From the IMG/VR virus record IMGVR_UViG_3300008952_000024: a stretch of DNA of 64,000 bases; one strand, given 5' to 3'. This document shows positions 10,287 through 20,653 of the stretch, piece after piece (the first letter of the stretch is position 1; every line of letters starts with the position of its first letter). The stretch comes from an uncultured virus (IMG/VR IMGVR_UViG_3300008952_000024) (lineage: Duplodnaviria; Heunggongvirae; Uroviricota; Caudoviricetes). Under the pieces are notes generated by a model. The model worked only from the letters and a program-made list of their open reading frames with translations. It did no database searches and was not told where the DNA came from. The translations under genes were made by a program, and so were the position numbers.

Positions 10287-11260
10287 TCAATCACTTCTCT
10301 CAACCTATCATTGAGAGACTTGCTTGGTTCCCATCCCAACTCTCGCATCTTATTGCCACATAAAGCATACCGTAAGTCATGCCCCGGTCGCGACGAATGA
10401 AAATCTACCATTTCGTAGATTAACTCTCCATTCATAATATCAGCAATGATCTGGCAAAGTTCTAAATTATCGGTTTCTCGTCTACCAACAATATTATATT
10501 TCTCGCCAACCTTGAAATTATCTACAAGAAATAGAACTGCATCAGCCACATCGTCTGCACTGATATAATGTCTAGATCCTGCTTTGGTACACTCTGAATT
10601 GGAATGTATATAGATCTTCTCTCCATCCCGAACCCTCTTGATTACTAGTGGAATAAACTTCTCTGGGTGCTGCCTTTTACCAAACACATTCATTGTATGG
10701 GTAACAACAATTGGCATCCCGTAAGTATTCTCGTATGCGATTGCCAACTCTTCCGCGCCCGCCTTCGTCGCCGAATATGGATTACCACTTTTATAACGGT
10801 CATCCTCTTTATAAAAGACTCCCTCTGGGGCCGTTCCAAATACTTCATCTGTACTAAAATAAAGAAACAACTTGAGACTATCGGATAAATGATTTCGTGC
10901 AAAATCTAAAATATTGCAAGTACCAACAACATTATCCATTACAAATTCCATAGGATTCTCGATGCTTCTATCTACATGAGAACCCGCCGCCAGATGGAAC
11001 ACATAATCGATTTTACCTATCTTCTCCGCCGTATAATCGTTGACAGGAGCCTTTAAGTCATGCCACACAACCCGAAGCCTACTTCGCCAATCCTGAACCA
11101 ACTGCTCTTTATTACAATCTAAAACCTCGGCCAAACGACCAAGCGTACCCGATGTATCCAGCCTATCTAATGAAACTATTTCCCAATCTGTACGTTTTAA
11201 TATGTGATGAATTAAGTGATGACCTATAAACCCAGCTCCACCAGTAATCAATACTCGCAC
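10250..11260 (-). CDS. rfbB: dTDP-glucose 4,6-dehydratase-like NAD-dependent epimerase/dehydratase
   Basis: TGGAGFIG, HLAAGSHVDRSI, STDEVFG, YSATKA, QHPEKFIP, RPGHDLRY: extended SDR RmlB signature. Confidence 0.9.
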   Translation of the reverse strand: MRVLITGGAGFIGHHLIHHILKRTDWEIVSLDRLDTSGTLGRLAEVLDCNKEQLVQDWRSRLRVVWHDLKAPVNDYTAEKIGKIDYVFHLAAGSHVDRSIENPMEFVMDNVVGTCNILDFARNHLSDSLKLFLYFSTDEVFGTAPEGVFYKEDDRYKSGNPYSATKAGAEELAIAYENTYGMPIVVTHTMNVFGKRQHPEKFIPLVIKRVRDGEKIYIHSNSECTKAGSRHYISADDVADAVLFLVDNFKVGEKYNIVGRRETDNLELCQIIADIMNGELIYEMVDFHSSRPGHDLRYALCGNKMRELGWEPSKSLNDRLREVIEWTLENKQWLMQ

Positions 11261-11330
11261 GATCCCTCCTAGATACGCAGTCCATACCGCGTACCCTTAT
11301 ATAACCGAAAACAACTAAAAATAAAGCTGA

Positions 11331-11660
11331 TTATTTAGGATTATCCGAATTGGAGTACATCAAAATACTTAATTTACTCTTACATTCTGACAATTCCGCC
11401 TCTAGCTCAATCTCTCTTGGTGTCTGCTTAATTGCCGCTTTTGGTAATTCGTTTTGCTGCACCTGTTGGATTCGACGCTCTAAATCAGTCATTTGCTCCA
11501 TGCCATAACTATCATCCTGTTGGTCCTCCTCGACCTCCAAGACCGGCTCGCTGGCATGTGACTGCTGGTTATCACAACCAGAAAACGCTGAAATACATAG
11601 CAACCCAAAACCAAAAACTATAAAAACACCACCAAATTTAGTTATTAATGGCACCCTCAT
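11331..11660 (-). CDS. Lipoprotein, candidate o-spanin
   Basis: Hydrophobic N-terminus ending in lipobox-like FSG-C, then a coiled coil; 4-nt overlap with the upstream TM gene. Confidence 0.45.
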   Translation of the reverse strand: MRVPLITKFGGVFIVFGFGLLCISAFSGCDNQQSHASEPVLEVEEDQQDDSYGMEQMTDLERRIQQVQQNELPKAAIKQTPREIELEAELSECKSKLSILMYSNSDNPK

Positions 11661-11896
11661 TTTGCAGCCTCACGTTTTGCATGTTTAACTAGTGTCTCGC
11701 AATCCTGAATAATGTCTTCCATTACCTCTAACCGGACTTCTAGTTTGGCCTTATCTACGCGCAACTGGGTAATTGATTCTGGCTCAATCGTATATCCCAT
11801 TAAAGAACCGCCACCAATACCACCGCCCACTAAAGCTAATACAACTAGCACGCCCGAAACTACTGTCTTTGGATTGCTTGTATCTAGTTGTGCCAT
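11657..11896 (-). CDS. N-terminal TM plus coiled-coil protein, candidate i-spanin
   Basis: VVSGVLVVLALVGGGIGGG then heptad ITQLRVDKAKLEVRLEVMED. Confidence 0.4.
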   Translation of the reverse strand: MAQLDTSNPKTVVSGVLVVLALVGGGIGGGSLMGYTIEPESITQLRVDKAKLEVRLEVMEDIIQDCETLVKHAKREAAK

Positions 11897-12222
11897 TATT
11901 TTTTCTTCGTGGGCTTTTTAGCCGACTTTTTCTTTGGCGGCTTCCACGCTTCATCTACATCCGGTGTAGAAGGATCATCACCCTTAAACTGACCATCCTC
12001 ATCACGCGCACGTTTTGGCTTTGGCTTTGGTTTTGGCTTTGACTTTTTAGGTGCCTCTGGTGCCAAAACAAACCCACGCTTTTCCAGTGCCCGACGAGCA
12101 TTTGTACCGCTACACTTTGCAATAATTAGTGGTCCATCAAACTCACATCTGACAATTTCAGACGGCGTATGAACAACCGCTTTATCGCCAGCCCTTCTTT
12201 TTTTTACCATTCTAAATGACAT
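11896..12222 (-). CDS. Basic phage protein
   Basis: Lys/Pro-rich, with a KRARDEDGQFKGDDPSTPDVDEAW segment of the kind seen in small phage head-region proteins. Confidence 0.6.
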   Translation of the reverse strand: MSFRMVKKRRAGDKAVVHTPSEIVRCEFDGPLIIAKCSGTNARRALEKRGFVLAPEAPKKSKPKPKPKPKRARDEDGQFKGDDPSTPDVDEAWKPPKKKSAKKPTKKK

Positions 12223-12231
12223 GCAAACCTC

Positions 12232-12819
12232 CTACGGTCGCGCAAATACTCGCTTATATTTTGCCAAAATACGATTTACTATAGAAGGCATACCAATACC
12301 TTGCCCAAGATTCGCTAATTTATAATTATAGGTTCCTAATTTTTCAGTTTGAAAACCTATATGTGGTCCCTCATTAAAATGATGCACCGCTATAAGTGTT
12401 GCGGCATGTCGCAAGTCATTTGGGATACGAGAAAAACCGGCAGTATATGTAATATGTACTATTTGACGACCTGCTGGATAGTATGAACCATCTGGGATCA
12501 AACGGACCTGCCCATAATCCGTAATATAATAGTCATCTGATCCAATAAGTGACCCATTCGAGCCACCAAACGTCATTGCCACCACACTCACAAGAGGTGT
12601 GTAATTGACTGCTAGATCTTTCTGTCCTGCGGTATGTATATCAAAAGATTCCGAATACGTCGCAACCCTAGCACCATTAGTAAGCGGCAAGTTAATTTCA
12701 TCAAATATCACAGAGTCAGCTACATCTACCAGCGTCTCGAGCAACTCGTCGTAAACAGTTACACCACTGGCTAAACCCAGTAAATTACGCACCCTTAAAG
12801 CTGATGTGAATACCGCCAC
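12232..12819 (-). CDS. Head-tail adaptor (gp6/gp15-like)
   Basis: PLVSVVAM...ITYTAGFSRIPNDLRHAATLIAVHHF motif; follows the capsid gene. Confidence 0.82.
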   Translation of the reverse strand: MAVFTSALRVRNLLGLASGVTVYDELLETLVDVADSVIFDEINLPLTNGARVATYSESFDIHTAGQKDLAVNYTPLVSVVAMTFGGSNGSLIGSDDYYITDYGQVRLIPDGSYYPAGRQIVHITYTAGFSRIPNDLRHAATLIAVHHFNEGPHIGFQTEKLGTYNYKLANLGQGIGMPSIVNRILAKYKRVFARP

Positions 12820-12821
12820 GC

Positions 12822-13157
12822 CTACTTACCCTTTTTACTCTGCTTGCGTCGCCGAGGAGCCTTCTTGTCTGGTCCTGCAATACTTGTTCGCTGCTTGGGC
12901 GTACGAAACGATGCCGTCTCATCCTTCCAGCCCATCTTCTTTGCCCTGTCGCGAGCTGGCTGGGTATTAAGAAACAATGTCGGCGCAATAACGCCATCTA
13001 CATTGATAGACCTGCTCGTTGTATTTTCCCCGTAACACACAAAGCGAAATGCTAATCGGTGATTACGGTCATACCTACGCATTACAAATTGGAAACTTTC
13101 TGGAATAGTAGAAGATACTGCTGGCATAAGCCCTCCCTTAATAGAACCATAACACAA
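12822..13157 (-). CDS. Hypothetical basic protein
   Basis: ORF after the capsid gene; likely start MPAVSST after GGAGG. Confidence 0.5.
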   Translation of the reverse strand: MCYGSIKGGLMPAVSSTIPESFQFVMRRYDRNHRLAFRFVCYGENTTSRSINVDGVIAPTLFLNTQPARDRAKKMGWKDETASFRTPKQRTSIAGPDKKAPRRRKQSKKGK

Positions 13158-13196
13158 AGCCCCCGCATGTAACAGATAAGCTACATACGAGGGCTT
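13157..13196 (-). terminator. Long hairpin / probable terminator after the capsid gene
   Basis: AAGCCCTCGTATGTAGC-TTATCT-GTTACATGCGGGGGCTT: 17-bp stem with G-U pairs on the minus strand. Confidence 0.6.
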
Positions 13197-13220
13197 CGAA
13201 ATTGCTCTACCGACTAGGTA

Positions 13221-14213
13221 TTACAACGACAAACCACCAAGAATTGCTGCACCATTTGTGTTCGCAAGCGGAACAACAAGGTCGGTGAACATATCAAATT
13301 GGTCGTACTGGCTTGAATCCTTCGCAAGCGGCATAACTGTCATTGGAGTAAGCTCCTCAATCCAAGTATACCGTTTGTTGATTACAAACAACGCTGTCGT
13401 AGTACCACCAGTAAAAGCGGTAATGCGGTCGTCAGTTCCATTCCATACATATGTATCATTCACGCCGGTACTGGTGACCATTGGAATACCATCATATGTA
13501 CGGACTCGGAAACCCGCAGCAATTTCAGTTACGTCATTGAACTGCTGGTCTGCTTGCAATGCAGCATTAACTTTACGAAGTCCCGCAAAGCTACCGAGGA
13601 TAATACAATCTGACCGTGAGCCAGATCCCTTAACCCTATCAATAGCCTGATCTAGCTTCGCCAAAGTCAAGTCATCTCCAGCCGCAGCCGTCGTATTACC
13701 GACAGTTTGACCGGAAACATTGCCAATCTGGGTCAGAAGGCCATCAATTTCCGCAGCAGTAACCGAGCTATCACCATTAATAATGGTTGCTTCCAACAAA
13801 GCAGCCATATCTTCGGCTTTAGCGGCAATTTCGCCAGCAAGAATATCACCGTAAGTCGCGCCAACAGCTTGAGCTTTACGGGTAATCTTACCACGGGAAA
13901 CAGCGGTCTTGTAGTTAAACGCGACCTGTGCGTATGTACCAGTCTCTTCGGTCGGAACAGCTGTATCAGTTACCCACTCACCACCAGTTGCACCAGCAGT
14001 ACGTCGGTTAATATAACAAGCCAAACCAGAACCAGCGCGATGGTCCATAGTTGCCCATGCACCAAACTCACGCAATGTAAGCTGCTGCACAACACGGTTA
14101 ATATATTGCTGCATAAGAACAGATCCAACATTGGATACGTTCATTGCACGCTCGAAGGCTTCACGGCGTGCCGGATCAACAGCGCCAAGCCAACCTGTTT
14201 GATAATTAGACAT
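13221..14213 (-). CDS. Major capsid protein (HK97 fold)
   Basis: About 330 aa, downstream of the protease; EIDGLLTQI, LTLAKLDQAIDRV, VRTYDGIPMV, PLAKDSSQYDQF. ATG at 14213 follows AAGGGG. Confidence 0.9.
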   Translation of the reverse strand: MSNYQTGWLGAVDPARREAFERAMNVSNVGSVLMQQYINRVVQQLTLREFGAWATMDHRAGSGLACYINRRTAGATGGEWVTDTAVPTEETGTYAQVAFNYKTAVSRGKITRKAQAVGATYGDILAGEIAAKAEDMAALLEATIINGDSSVTAAEIDGLLTQIGNVSGQTVGNTTAAAGDDLTLAKLDQAIDRVKGSGSRSDCIILGSFAGLRKVNAALQADQQFNDVTEIAAGFRVRTYDGIPMVTSTGVNDTYVWNGTDDRITAFTGGTTTALFVINKRYTWIEELTPMTVMPLAKDSSQYDQFDMFTDLVVPLANTNGAAILGGLSL

Positions 14214-14224
14214 TACATGCCCCC

Positions 14225-16117
14225 TTATTGCCACTTGGCGGTTGAATTTCCGATAAGACCATCATTAACCGCTGCACGAAGTCCAGCACCCAGAAGATCT
14301 CGCAATTGAGAAATGGTCATTTTATTCATGCCCTGTTCCTCTGCAAGCGTTTCTTTGTGACGCTCCATAATTGCACATAAAGTTGGAGCAGTCTCCAATT
14401 CACGCGCACGATTGATCATCGTATCAATTTGTGTTGTTGCACCAATACCAGCACGAATATTTGTGGTTGCAACACCACGACGAACCGGTTGCTCGGACAG
14501 TCTAGCCAATGCAGCTTCCGCTGCCGCTAAACGTCGCTCAATAGGCTCCACAGTAGTTTCAGTGGCCTTGGTCGGTTCCGGTACAGGCTCTTGAGCAATA
14601 GGCTCATTTGCCCGTGCTTCAAGGTTCTGTACCCGCTCGACCAGCCCACCAATACTACGGTTAAGCATCTCTTCAAATTTGCTGATCATTTCATCAGACA
14701 TTTCTGCTCCCGAATTAGTTTGGGTGGTTGGGTTGGACCGAACCGCGCTTCCAAGAGCGTCTGTCGGATCTACGGATAAACTATTTGTATCTTGATCATC
14801 CTGCACTGTTTGAACAGAAACGTCAAGTGCACGTTCTTCACTAACGCCATTGGACGAATTTTCTACCAAATCCTGCCCACTATCTCTATTCACAATTTCA
14901 GCATTATCGTTATCATCTGACATAAGATCATTCTCCAGTATGGATTGAAGCTCCGGTGGCTGCTTATCGAATTTATCATAGTATTTAGAAATATTTTCGT
15001 ACACCTTTTGCCGCTCGGAGTCTGGAATATCCACACCGCCACGGGCGCCATTTAGTGCGGCCATTGCAGCACTCACGCCCCTAAAAACAGCCCTTAACTC
15101 ATCCCCATACATTCGTGCAATTGGTAATTTATACCCAGACTTAACTTCTGCGTTCTCTGGATCGTACCACAAATGGGCTTTCCGATACATTTCCCAATTA
15201 TCACCATCTGGTCCAAGAATTTCATTTTGTGATTTTGTATTCCAAGCCCAACTATCATTTTCCGGCGCAAGAGGAAGATTTTGAAACGACACAACATCAC
15301 GTTCATTTAATTCTACATTTGAACGACTCATTTCATCATCATCTTTATCTTCATCTTCATGCTTCTCAAATACAACTGTAACCGTGCCATCTTCATTGTC
15401 AGAAACATCCACCACATGCCTATCTTCCGGCTTAATTGCTTCTTGTAAACGACTACGCAAAGTATACAGCCCGCTTGAATCAGGATTTGCTGGTGCCCGC
15501 GTAAGGGCTAGGTGGTCAAGTTCTACATCATCCACAATAACCCGCTCAACTTCATCTTCACTATTTGTGATGACCCTCACCGACAGAAACCATCCCCCAA
15601 TAGACTGGCCCACTGGCTGTCCCAGCTCTAGTCTATTCAATAGTTTGTCTGCCACTGCATCATCCGAGTAAAGCATTGACGTGACACGCAACACATATTG
15701 TGGCTCTAGCGAATTTGCTGCTCCAACAACTTCCGCCCGTTCAACATCACCCTTAATTGTGCGACCAATTACCTCATCCCACTCTACTGGGCGACCCATT
15801 CCGTTATTATGTCTTGGTAGCAGAGGAATACCATTTTCCATTTGGGTCTGCATACGAAGAAGTCCCTCACGAGACATTTCCGTACCATAAGAATCTACAG
15901 ACGTAGAGCTTGCGGTGCCCTCAACTATTCGTCCACCATATTTGTCATCTGGTTCGTCTGACAACCCATCTCGCTCTACTGGTGCGATCGACCGCGTTAC
16001 CAGTTCAAGCGGAATAGAGATTTTCTCTCTACACTTAAAAGTTCTTACAACCTTTCCATCATCAGTAATGGTTGTTCCTGCATCATTTTGCTCTAACAAG
16101 CCACTTATAGTGTCCAT
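14225..16117 (-). CDS. Prohead protease fused to an inserted domain and a C-terminal scaffold
   Basis: IVEGTASSTSVDSYG...H...QSIGG...LDHLALTRAPANPDS (HK97-type protease), acidic linker, YRKAHLWYD...YKLPIA...LNGARGGVDIP domain, coiled-coil tail. Confidence 0.88.
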   Translation of the reverse strand: MDTISGLLEQNDAGTTITDDGKVVRTFKCREKISIPLELVTRSIAPVERDGLSDEPDDKYGGRIVEGTASSTSVDSYGTEMSREGLLRMQTQMENGIPLLPRHNNGMGRPVEWDEVIGRTIKGDVERAEVVGAANSLEPQYVLRVTSMLYSDDAVADKLLNRLELGQPVGQSIGGWFLSVRVITNSEDEVERVIVDDVELDHLALTRAPANPDSSGLYTLRSRLQEAIKPEDRHVVDVSDNEDGTVTVVFEKHEDEDKDDDEMSRSNVELNERDVVSFQNLPLAPENDSWAWNTKSQNEILGPDGDNWEMYRKAHLWYDPENAEVKSGYKLPIARMYGDELRAVFRGVSAAMAALNGARGGVDIPDSERQKVYENISKYYDKFDKQPPELQSILENDLMSDDNDNAEIVNRDSGQDLVENSSNGVSEERALDVSVQTVQDDQDTNSLSVDPTDALGSAVRSNPTTQTNSGAEMSDEMISKFEEMLNRSIGGLVERVQNLEARANEPIAQEPVPEPTKATETTVEPIERRLAAAEAALARLSEQPVRRGVATTNIRAGIGATTQIDTMINRARELETAPTLCAIMERHKETLAEEQGMNKMTISQLRDLLGAGLRAAVNDGLIGNSTAKWQ

Positions 16118-16233
16118 ATTACCACCAATTCGCTAGGTATTTGCATACGGGCACCTCAAGGGTGTCAGGTAGACCGTAGCCTATTTCTATATAATTCGTC
16201 AAGTTACGTTATCCAATCAAAAGAATTATACTA

Positions 16234-18663
16234 TTAGTTTAATGATTCCGCCAACCCACGGTCAACCTCTTGTTTTGTCCACAAAACAATCACACATCGG
16301 CACCGAGCACCACAAACTGTTCCCCCGCCCGGTTCAACTTTTAATGAGGTTAGTGGCCTAAATCCAGCGTTACCCTCAACCACACAAGTTGGGCATGTCC
16401 GGTTATCGCCAACTGATACCCATTCATAATACCATTCAACCCGACCGTCTTCTGTAGTCGCTGTGCCAGCTGCAATCATCCCTTCCCGAAATAACTCATT
16501 TGCCAACGCAACAAGTTTGCCAGACCAGTTAGATATACGAAATTCGTTCCTATCAAATATCTTTGCTGTAATCTCAACGGCAGTCTTGGCGGCGATCCCG
16601 GCTTCCGCACCCTTCGGCGTTGTAATATTAGGCTGCTCTGGATCTGTTCTTGTCTGCAAGTCAGACAAGTCTTTGCCTCGAGTTAATGCATCTACCATTA
16701 ACATAAGTTCTGTTTTAATTACACCAAGCATACCCTCTGGGTTTGATAACCAAAACATGGCATCATCAGCATACATATCTGCACGCTCATTCCACATTTC
16801 AAATAAATCCTGACCAGCATACTTAATTACCGCAGACTGCGAGATAGCCGCTGCCTCTCGATATAATGGTCTAGTAACAATAGACCACTGTGTTACTAAC
16901 TTATCAATAAGTTTGGCCAACTCTCGTTGCACCAAGGGTGCTGCATACTGATCAATGGCCCCATCAATATAATGTGCACTAATAACCGACATGGCCGAAT
17001 CTCTGGCCTCTAACCAAAACGGCGTAACTGCTCGTTTATAATTAATAGTGGTCCAGCCTAATGAGTTTAGATCCATTGATCTGTAGCCACTAAACTTACC
17101 TTCTGGTTGCCATTCGCTTGGGAGATCTTTTTCAAACTCGTTAATGTTTGCTTTGCGAATTTGGTGCCCAACTACCTGTCCAGTTGATTCTGTAACCACT
17201 TCGCCGGGTGCATCCTCATCCTCTATTGGACCCGGTGACACCTTCCCACCATCTGGGACAACATCAAGCGGCTCGATGACCAAGCCGCCTACTGGACCCT
17301 CGGTAATCAATACATCCAATGGAATTGGACCCTGTGCGGTGTCAACCGTCGTTACGTCGCCATTAACTATAGGCAAGTAGCCCATTTCTTTTCTGACTTC
17401 ATTTCTAGTAAGGACACCAATTCCAATAAGCCTTTGGTACTTTTGGGCTAACAGTTGAGCATCTTCCGCTGTTGGCCTCATCCCTCTATCAAACTCAAAT
17501 GTTACAAGTCTTGCTAACTCTGAATCTCCAACAACTAGTGGCAAAATACGAGTATTGATTTTTGCTTGTATCATTTCCAACATTGGCGTAACCAAGTGTG
17601 ATGACGACACATCAATCTGCACTTGCGCCGTTGCACGGGGCATTTCATCTGATGCACCCATCTCTACCGGCATAACTCCAAACACTCGCCACACTACTCG
17701 CCTGATTTGATCAATCAGTGTCTCAAATTCCAAGTCTTTAGGTGTACGGCGCAACTCTACCCATTTTGCACCAGCACCGGATGGATCTGGTGTAGTCAGG
17801 ACTCGGATCTTTGTATCCTGCCCTTTAAGGTTAGTGAAATCCGAGCGGGCCTCTCTAGCCGCATTACCGGCAAGCCCAGTCAACACCAAGATTCCGGGTG
17901 GTATCTCATCAGCATCATAGGCAAGCATCAAGTGCTCTGACGAACGCATCAATGTGATTATTTCATTCACAATGGATTCAATCAGTGGATTACCATAACC
18001 GGCAGATGCATTGTTTGGAAACAATTGGAACATTACCAATTCAGATGGCTTAAACGTCGGCCTGTTATCTGACTCATACGTTGTGCCCGTCATATTGTCC
18101 GATCCACCGGGAACAGTCTCTTGCTGATATTCTATCAAACGACCATGCTCATCTATTACTGGCCTAATTGAAGAACCTAGAAGTGGAACCAGCTCTTGAA
18201 GCACACCTTTAGAATCATGTGCTAATTCAATAACTCCAGCATCATATACGAGCAGGTCTGTCAAAACCGCAGTCATAATATCTTGCCATGTGTCACCATT
18301 TTTATTTGGTGCCGACATAAAACGCTGGCAACGGGCAGATATTTCTGCTGCTTCTAAATAGTATTCACTATTCGGGTCTACTGTAGGACGTACCGTCCAA
18401 TCAAATGTGGCCACACGACGAACTACAGAATCAATACAGGCCCGAACATCCGGCGTCCTACGATAAACAGACCAAAGCTCTGCATCCGATAAATATCTAT
18501 CTGGACGAACATCACTTAAAAATGGGGTATCAATACTGTATAAATTATTATTCGGAACGATACCCTTACGTTTTCTTATCTGGGGATGACTTAACCATCC
18601 ACCAACAGATGGAACGTCCTTCCTTCTAACTACCGTAGTACCTGTACCAATAATACGGGCCAT
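16234..18663 (-). CDS. Portal protein with C-terminal MuF-like (gp7) domain
   Basis: GYGNPLIE, IPPGIL, VFGVMPVEMG, GVLTRNEVRKEMGYLPI; C-terminal WVSVGDNRTCPTC...CGARCRC. Confidence 0.88.
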   Translation of the reverse strand: MARIIGTGTTVVRRKDVPSVGGWLSHPQIRKRKGIVPNNNLYSIDTPFLSDVRPDRYLSDAELWSVYRRTPDVRACIDSVVRRVATFDWTVRPTVDPNSEYYLEAAEISARCQRFMSAPNKNGDTWQDIMTAVLTDLLVYDAGVIELAHDSKGVLQELVPLLGSSIRPVIDEHGRLIEYQQETVPGGSDNMTGTTYESDNRPTFKPSELVMFQLFPNNASAGYGNPLIESIVNEIITLMRSSEHLMLAYDADEIPPGILVLTGLAGNAAREARSDFTNLKGQDTKIRVLTTPDPSGAGAKWVELRRTPKDLEFETLIDQIRRVVWRVFGVMPVEMGASDEMPRATAQVQIDVSSSHLVTPMLEMIQAKINTRILPLVVGDSELARLVTFEFDRGMRPTAEDAQLLAQKYQRLIGIGVLTRNEVRKEMGYLPIVNGDVTTVDTAQGPIPLDVLITEGPVGGLVIEPLDVVPDGGKVSPGPIEDEDAPGEVVTESTGQVVGHQIRKANINEFEKDLPSEWQPEGKFSGYRSMDLNSLGWTTINYKRAVTPFWLEARDSAMSVISAHYIDGAIDQYAAPLVQRELAKLIDKLVTQWSIVTRPLYREAAAISQSAVIKYAGQDLFEMWNERADMYADDAMFWLSNPEGMLGVIKTELMLMVDALTRGKDLSDLQTRTDPEQPNITTPKGAEAGIAAKTAVEITAKIFDRNEFRISNWSGKLVALANELFREGMIAAGTATTEDGRVEWYYEWVSVGDNRTCPTCVVEGNAGFRPLTSLKVEPGGGTVCGARCRCVIVLWTKQEVDRGLAESLN

Positions 18664-18695
18664 TCTAACCCCCAAACTATTTAACTATAACTTAT

Positions 18696-20342
18696 CTACG
18701 CAGAAAAATATCCACCACCACACTCGCTTACATCATAAGCGATTCTGTCATAAATACCAGCATGTCGGTAGTGGTCCGGTGCCTTGCCCTCGGTCCAGAC
18801 AATCCTACTCTTATTCTCGTTAAGCACTCTGACCGGCGCGCGCATTTGCTGTGACCAACCCAAAACAGTCAATGCGTCTTCTGGAAAGATTCTCGCACCA
18901 TCTTTAATCTCATCAAATGTAGCATCAAATACCTGCGTCCTATCTACGGTTACAACTCGAGTTTTATAATTTAGCTTCATACCATACCGCTGCTGACCAA
19001 CACGGGGCGTTGGGTGATACCGACATAGCCACACTTGGCAATTACCTTCTGTCTGAAACAAATCCCGAAGCTCCTGTGCCTTTCTCGTTTCTGGCATCGC
19101 GTCAATTACGCAACAGTCCACATGGTATCGCCTAATAATATCTGCAATTTCATTAAATGTTCGTACTGCACCAATATGTTTAGCTGTTCGGACAGTCTTG
19201 CCGTTTTCATCCTCACTCACAATGCTCAAAGCAAAATTTAATACTGAACCAACATCCACTCCAAGCGTAACGAGTCGTCCCAGATAATCTGAACCACCAC
19301 CATAATCTAACGATTCACCGATAGATGCATTGTTTAACATCTCCATTGTAAGCCTAGATCCACTAAATTCAAATGGAACCCCCAACACCGATGTATAGAA
19401 AGTGGACAACATCTCACTGTGTCCTTGCGCACTCATCCATTCCTTAAATAATGAGCGCAGATTTTCTGATGTAACATCTAATCGGCTAATCGTATAGCCA
19501 CGCCAATGCTCTTCTGTTTTTTTAGCGACCCAACACCCCTTTGCGGCTTCCCGATTAATTGGTTCCTTACATTTGATACAAATTGGCCGCACCCTACCAT
19601 CACCGAAGCCCCTGTCTGTGTCTCGCAGTTGCCAGTCGCCCCTATCGTTCTTTTCGATTATATTTGCAAACCAATCAATCGGTTGCCAATGATTGCAGTG
19701 ATCGCACTTGGTAAACCACGACCGCTGGTCGGTATGCTCATATAATCTAGATACACCCACACGAGGCATCGTTGGGTTTCCTAACCTAAACATCTGTGGT
19801 GCTGTCGAAGCACGGAGTCGGTCTTTTGCTTTCGCCAAGTTTGCTGGATCACATTGATCAAATTCATCAATAACTAAAATATCAGCGGAAAATTCAATAA
19901 AATCAGAAACGGTATTGGAACCAAGAAACATCATTGCCCCATTACCAAATCTTTTTAGCTTTAAGTTACCGGAGCCTTTACCATCGACTCCAGCCCTTGC
20001 CTTATACGCCGGTACGGTCTGCAATAATGGGTCTATTCTGTTCTGAACGAATCTATCTCTAATTGTGAATGTTGGCAGCACATAGGCACAAATTTTTCCG
20101 GCCCACCCAGCCCTCTCAAGAATTAGTTGGATAAACAGTTCCGACAAGCCTGTCTGCACCGCCTTGCGTATATCTGCGCCAGGAAGTTTGGGAAGATCTG
20201 TATACAGTTCTACCAAGTAGGGCTTGTCCTTAAAAGACATCGGTGCCCCACGAGTATTCTGGTGTGTTGTCATGGCAAGGTGGAACAGTGGATAACGATT
20301 TACTACTTGCGACATTAACGAATGGTATGCATTAGAATCCAC
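18696..20342 (-). CDS. Terminase large subunit (lambda GpA-like)
   Basis: KAVQTGLSE (Walker A variant), LVIDEFD (Walker B), GNPT, CxxC zinc motifs, GVDVG RNase-H motif, PDHYRHA. Confidence 0.92.
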   Translation of the reverse strand: MDSNAYHSLMSQVVNRYPLFHLAMTTHQNTRGAPMSFKDKPYLVELYTDLPKLPGADIRKAVQTGLSELFIQLILERAGWAGKICAYVLPTFTIRDRFVQNRIDPLLQTVPAYKARAGVDGKGSGNLKLKRFGNGAMMFLGSNTVSDFIEFSADILVIDEFDQCDPANLAKAKDRLRASTAPQMFRLGNPTMPRVGVSRLYEHTDQRSWFTKCDHCNHWQPIDWFANIIEKNDRGDWQLRDTDRGFGDGRVRPICIKCKEPINREAAKGCWVAKKTEEHWRGYTISRLDVTSENLRSLFKEWMSAQGHSEMLSTFYTSVLGVPFEFSGSRLTMEMLNNASIGESLDYGGGSDYLGRLVTLGVDVGSVLNFALSIVSEDENGKTVRTAKHIGAVRTFNEIADIIRRYHVDCCVIDAMPETRKAQELRDLFQTEGNCQVWLCRYHPTPRVGQQRYGMKLNYKTRVVTVDRTQVFDATFDEIKDGARIFPEDALTVLGWSQQMRAPVRVLNENKSRIVWTEGKAPDHYRHAGIYDRIAYDVSECGGGYFSA

Positions 20343-20653
20343 TATACCCCCAAAATACGCACTGGTTCGGGCTTATCGCCAATCACGCGCCAAACCTCAT
20401 AGTGGTGTCCATTCTCATCTTTATATACTTGAATACACAAACCAGCACGCCCAACAAAAGCCGTTCGTGATGCTGCCATCCGTGCAACTTCCAGTAGGTG
20501 CGAAAGTGTTTTCACATCCACATAAAACCGCACATCCCTACCTGCCTCTGGTCCACCAAACACCGTTTCCCGCACAAGCTCATGCTGGTTGGCTCGTTGC
20601 AGCGGATTATGATTTACTTTTAGCTGATACTTTGGATCTAGCGGATTCGACAT
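20342..20653 (-). CDS. Hypothetical protein
   Basis: 103-aa ORF coupled to the terminase gene; no recognisable small-terminase motif. Confidence 0.55.
   Translation of the reverse strand: MSNPLDPKYQLKVNHNPLQRANQHELVRETVFGGPEAGRDVRFYVDVKTLSHLLEVARMAASRTAFVGRAGLCIQVYKDENGHHYEVWRVIGDKPEPVRILGV

Noticed and set aside
20342..20653. Small terminase subunit
   Set aside because: Position fits, but there is no HTH or coiled-coil pattern; left as hypothetical. No TerS was identified in the window.
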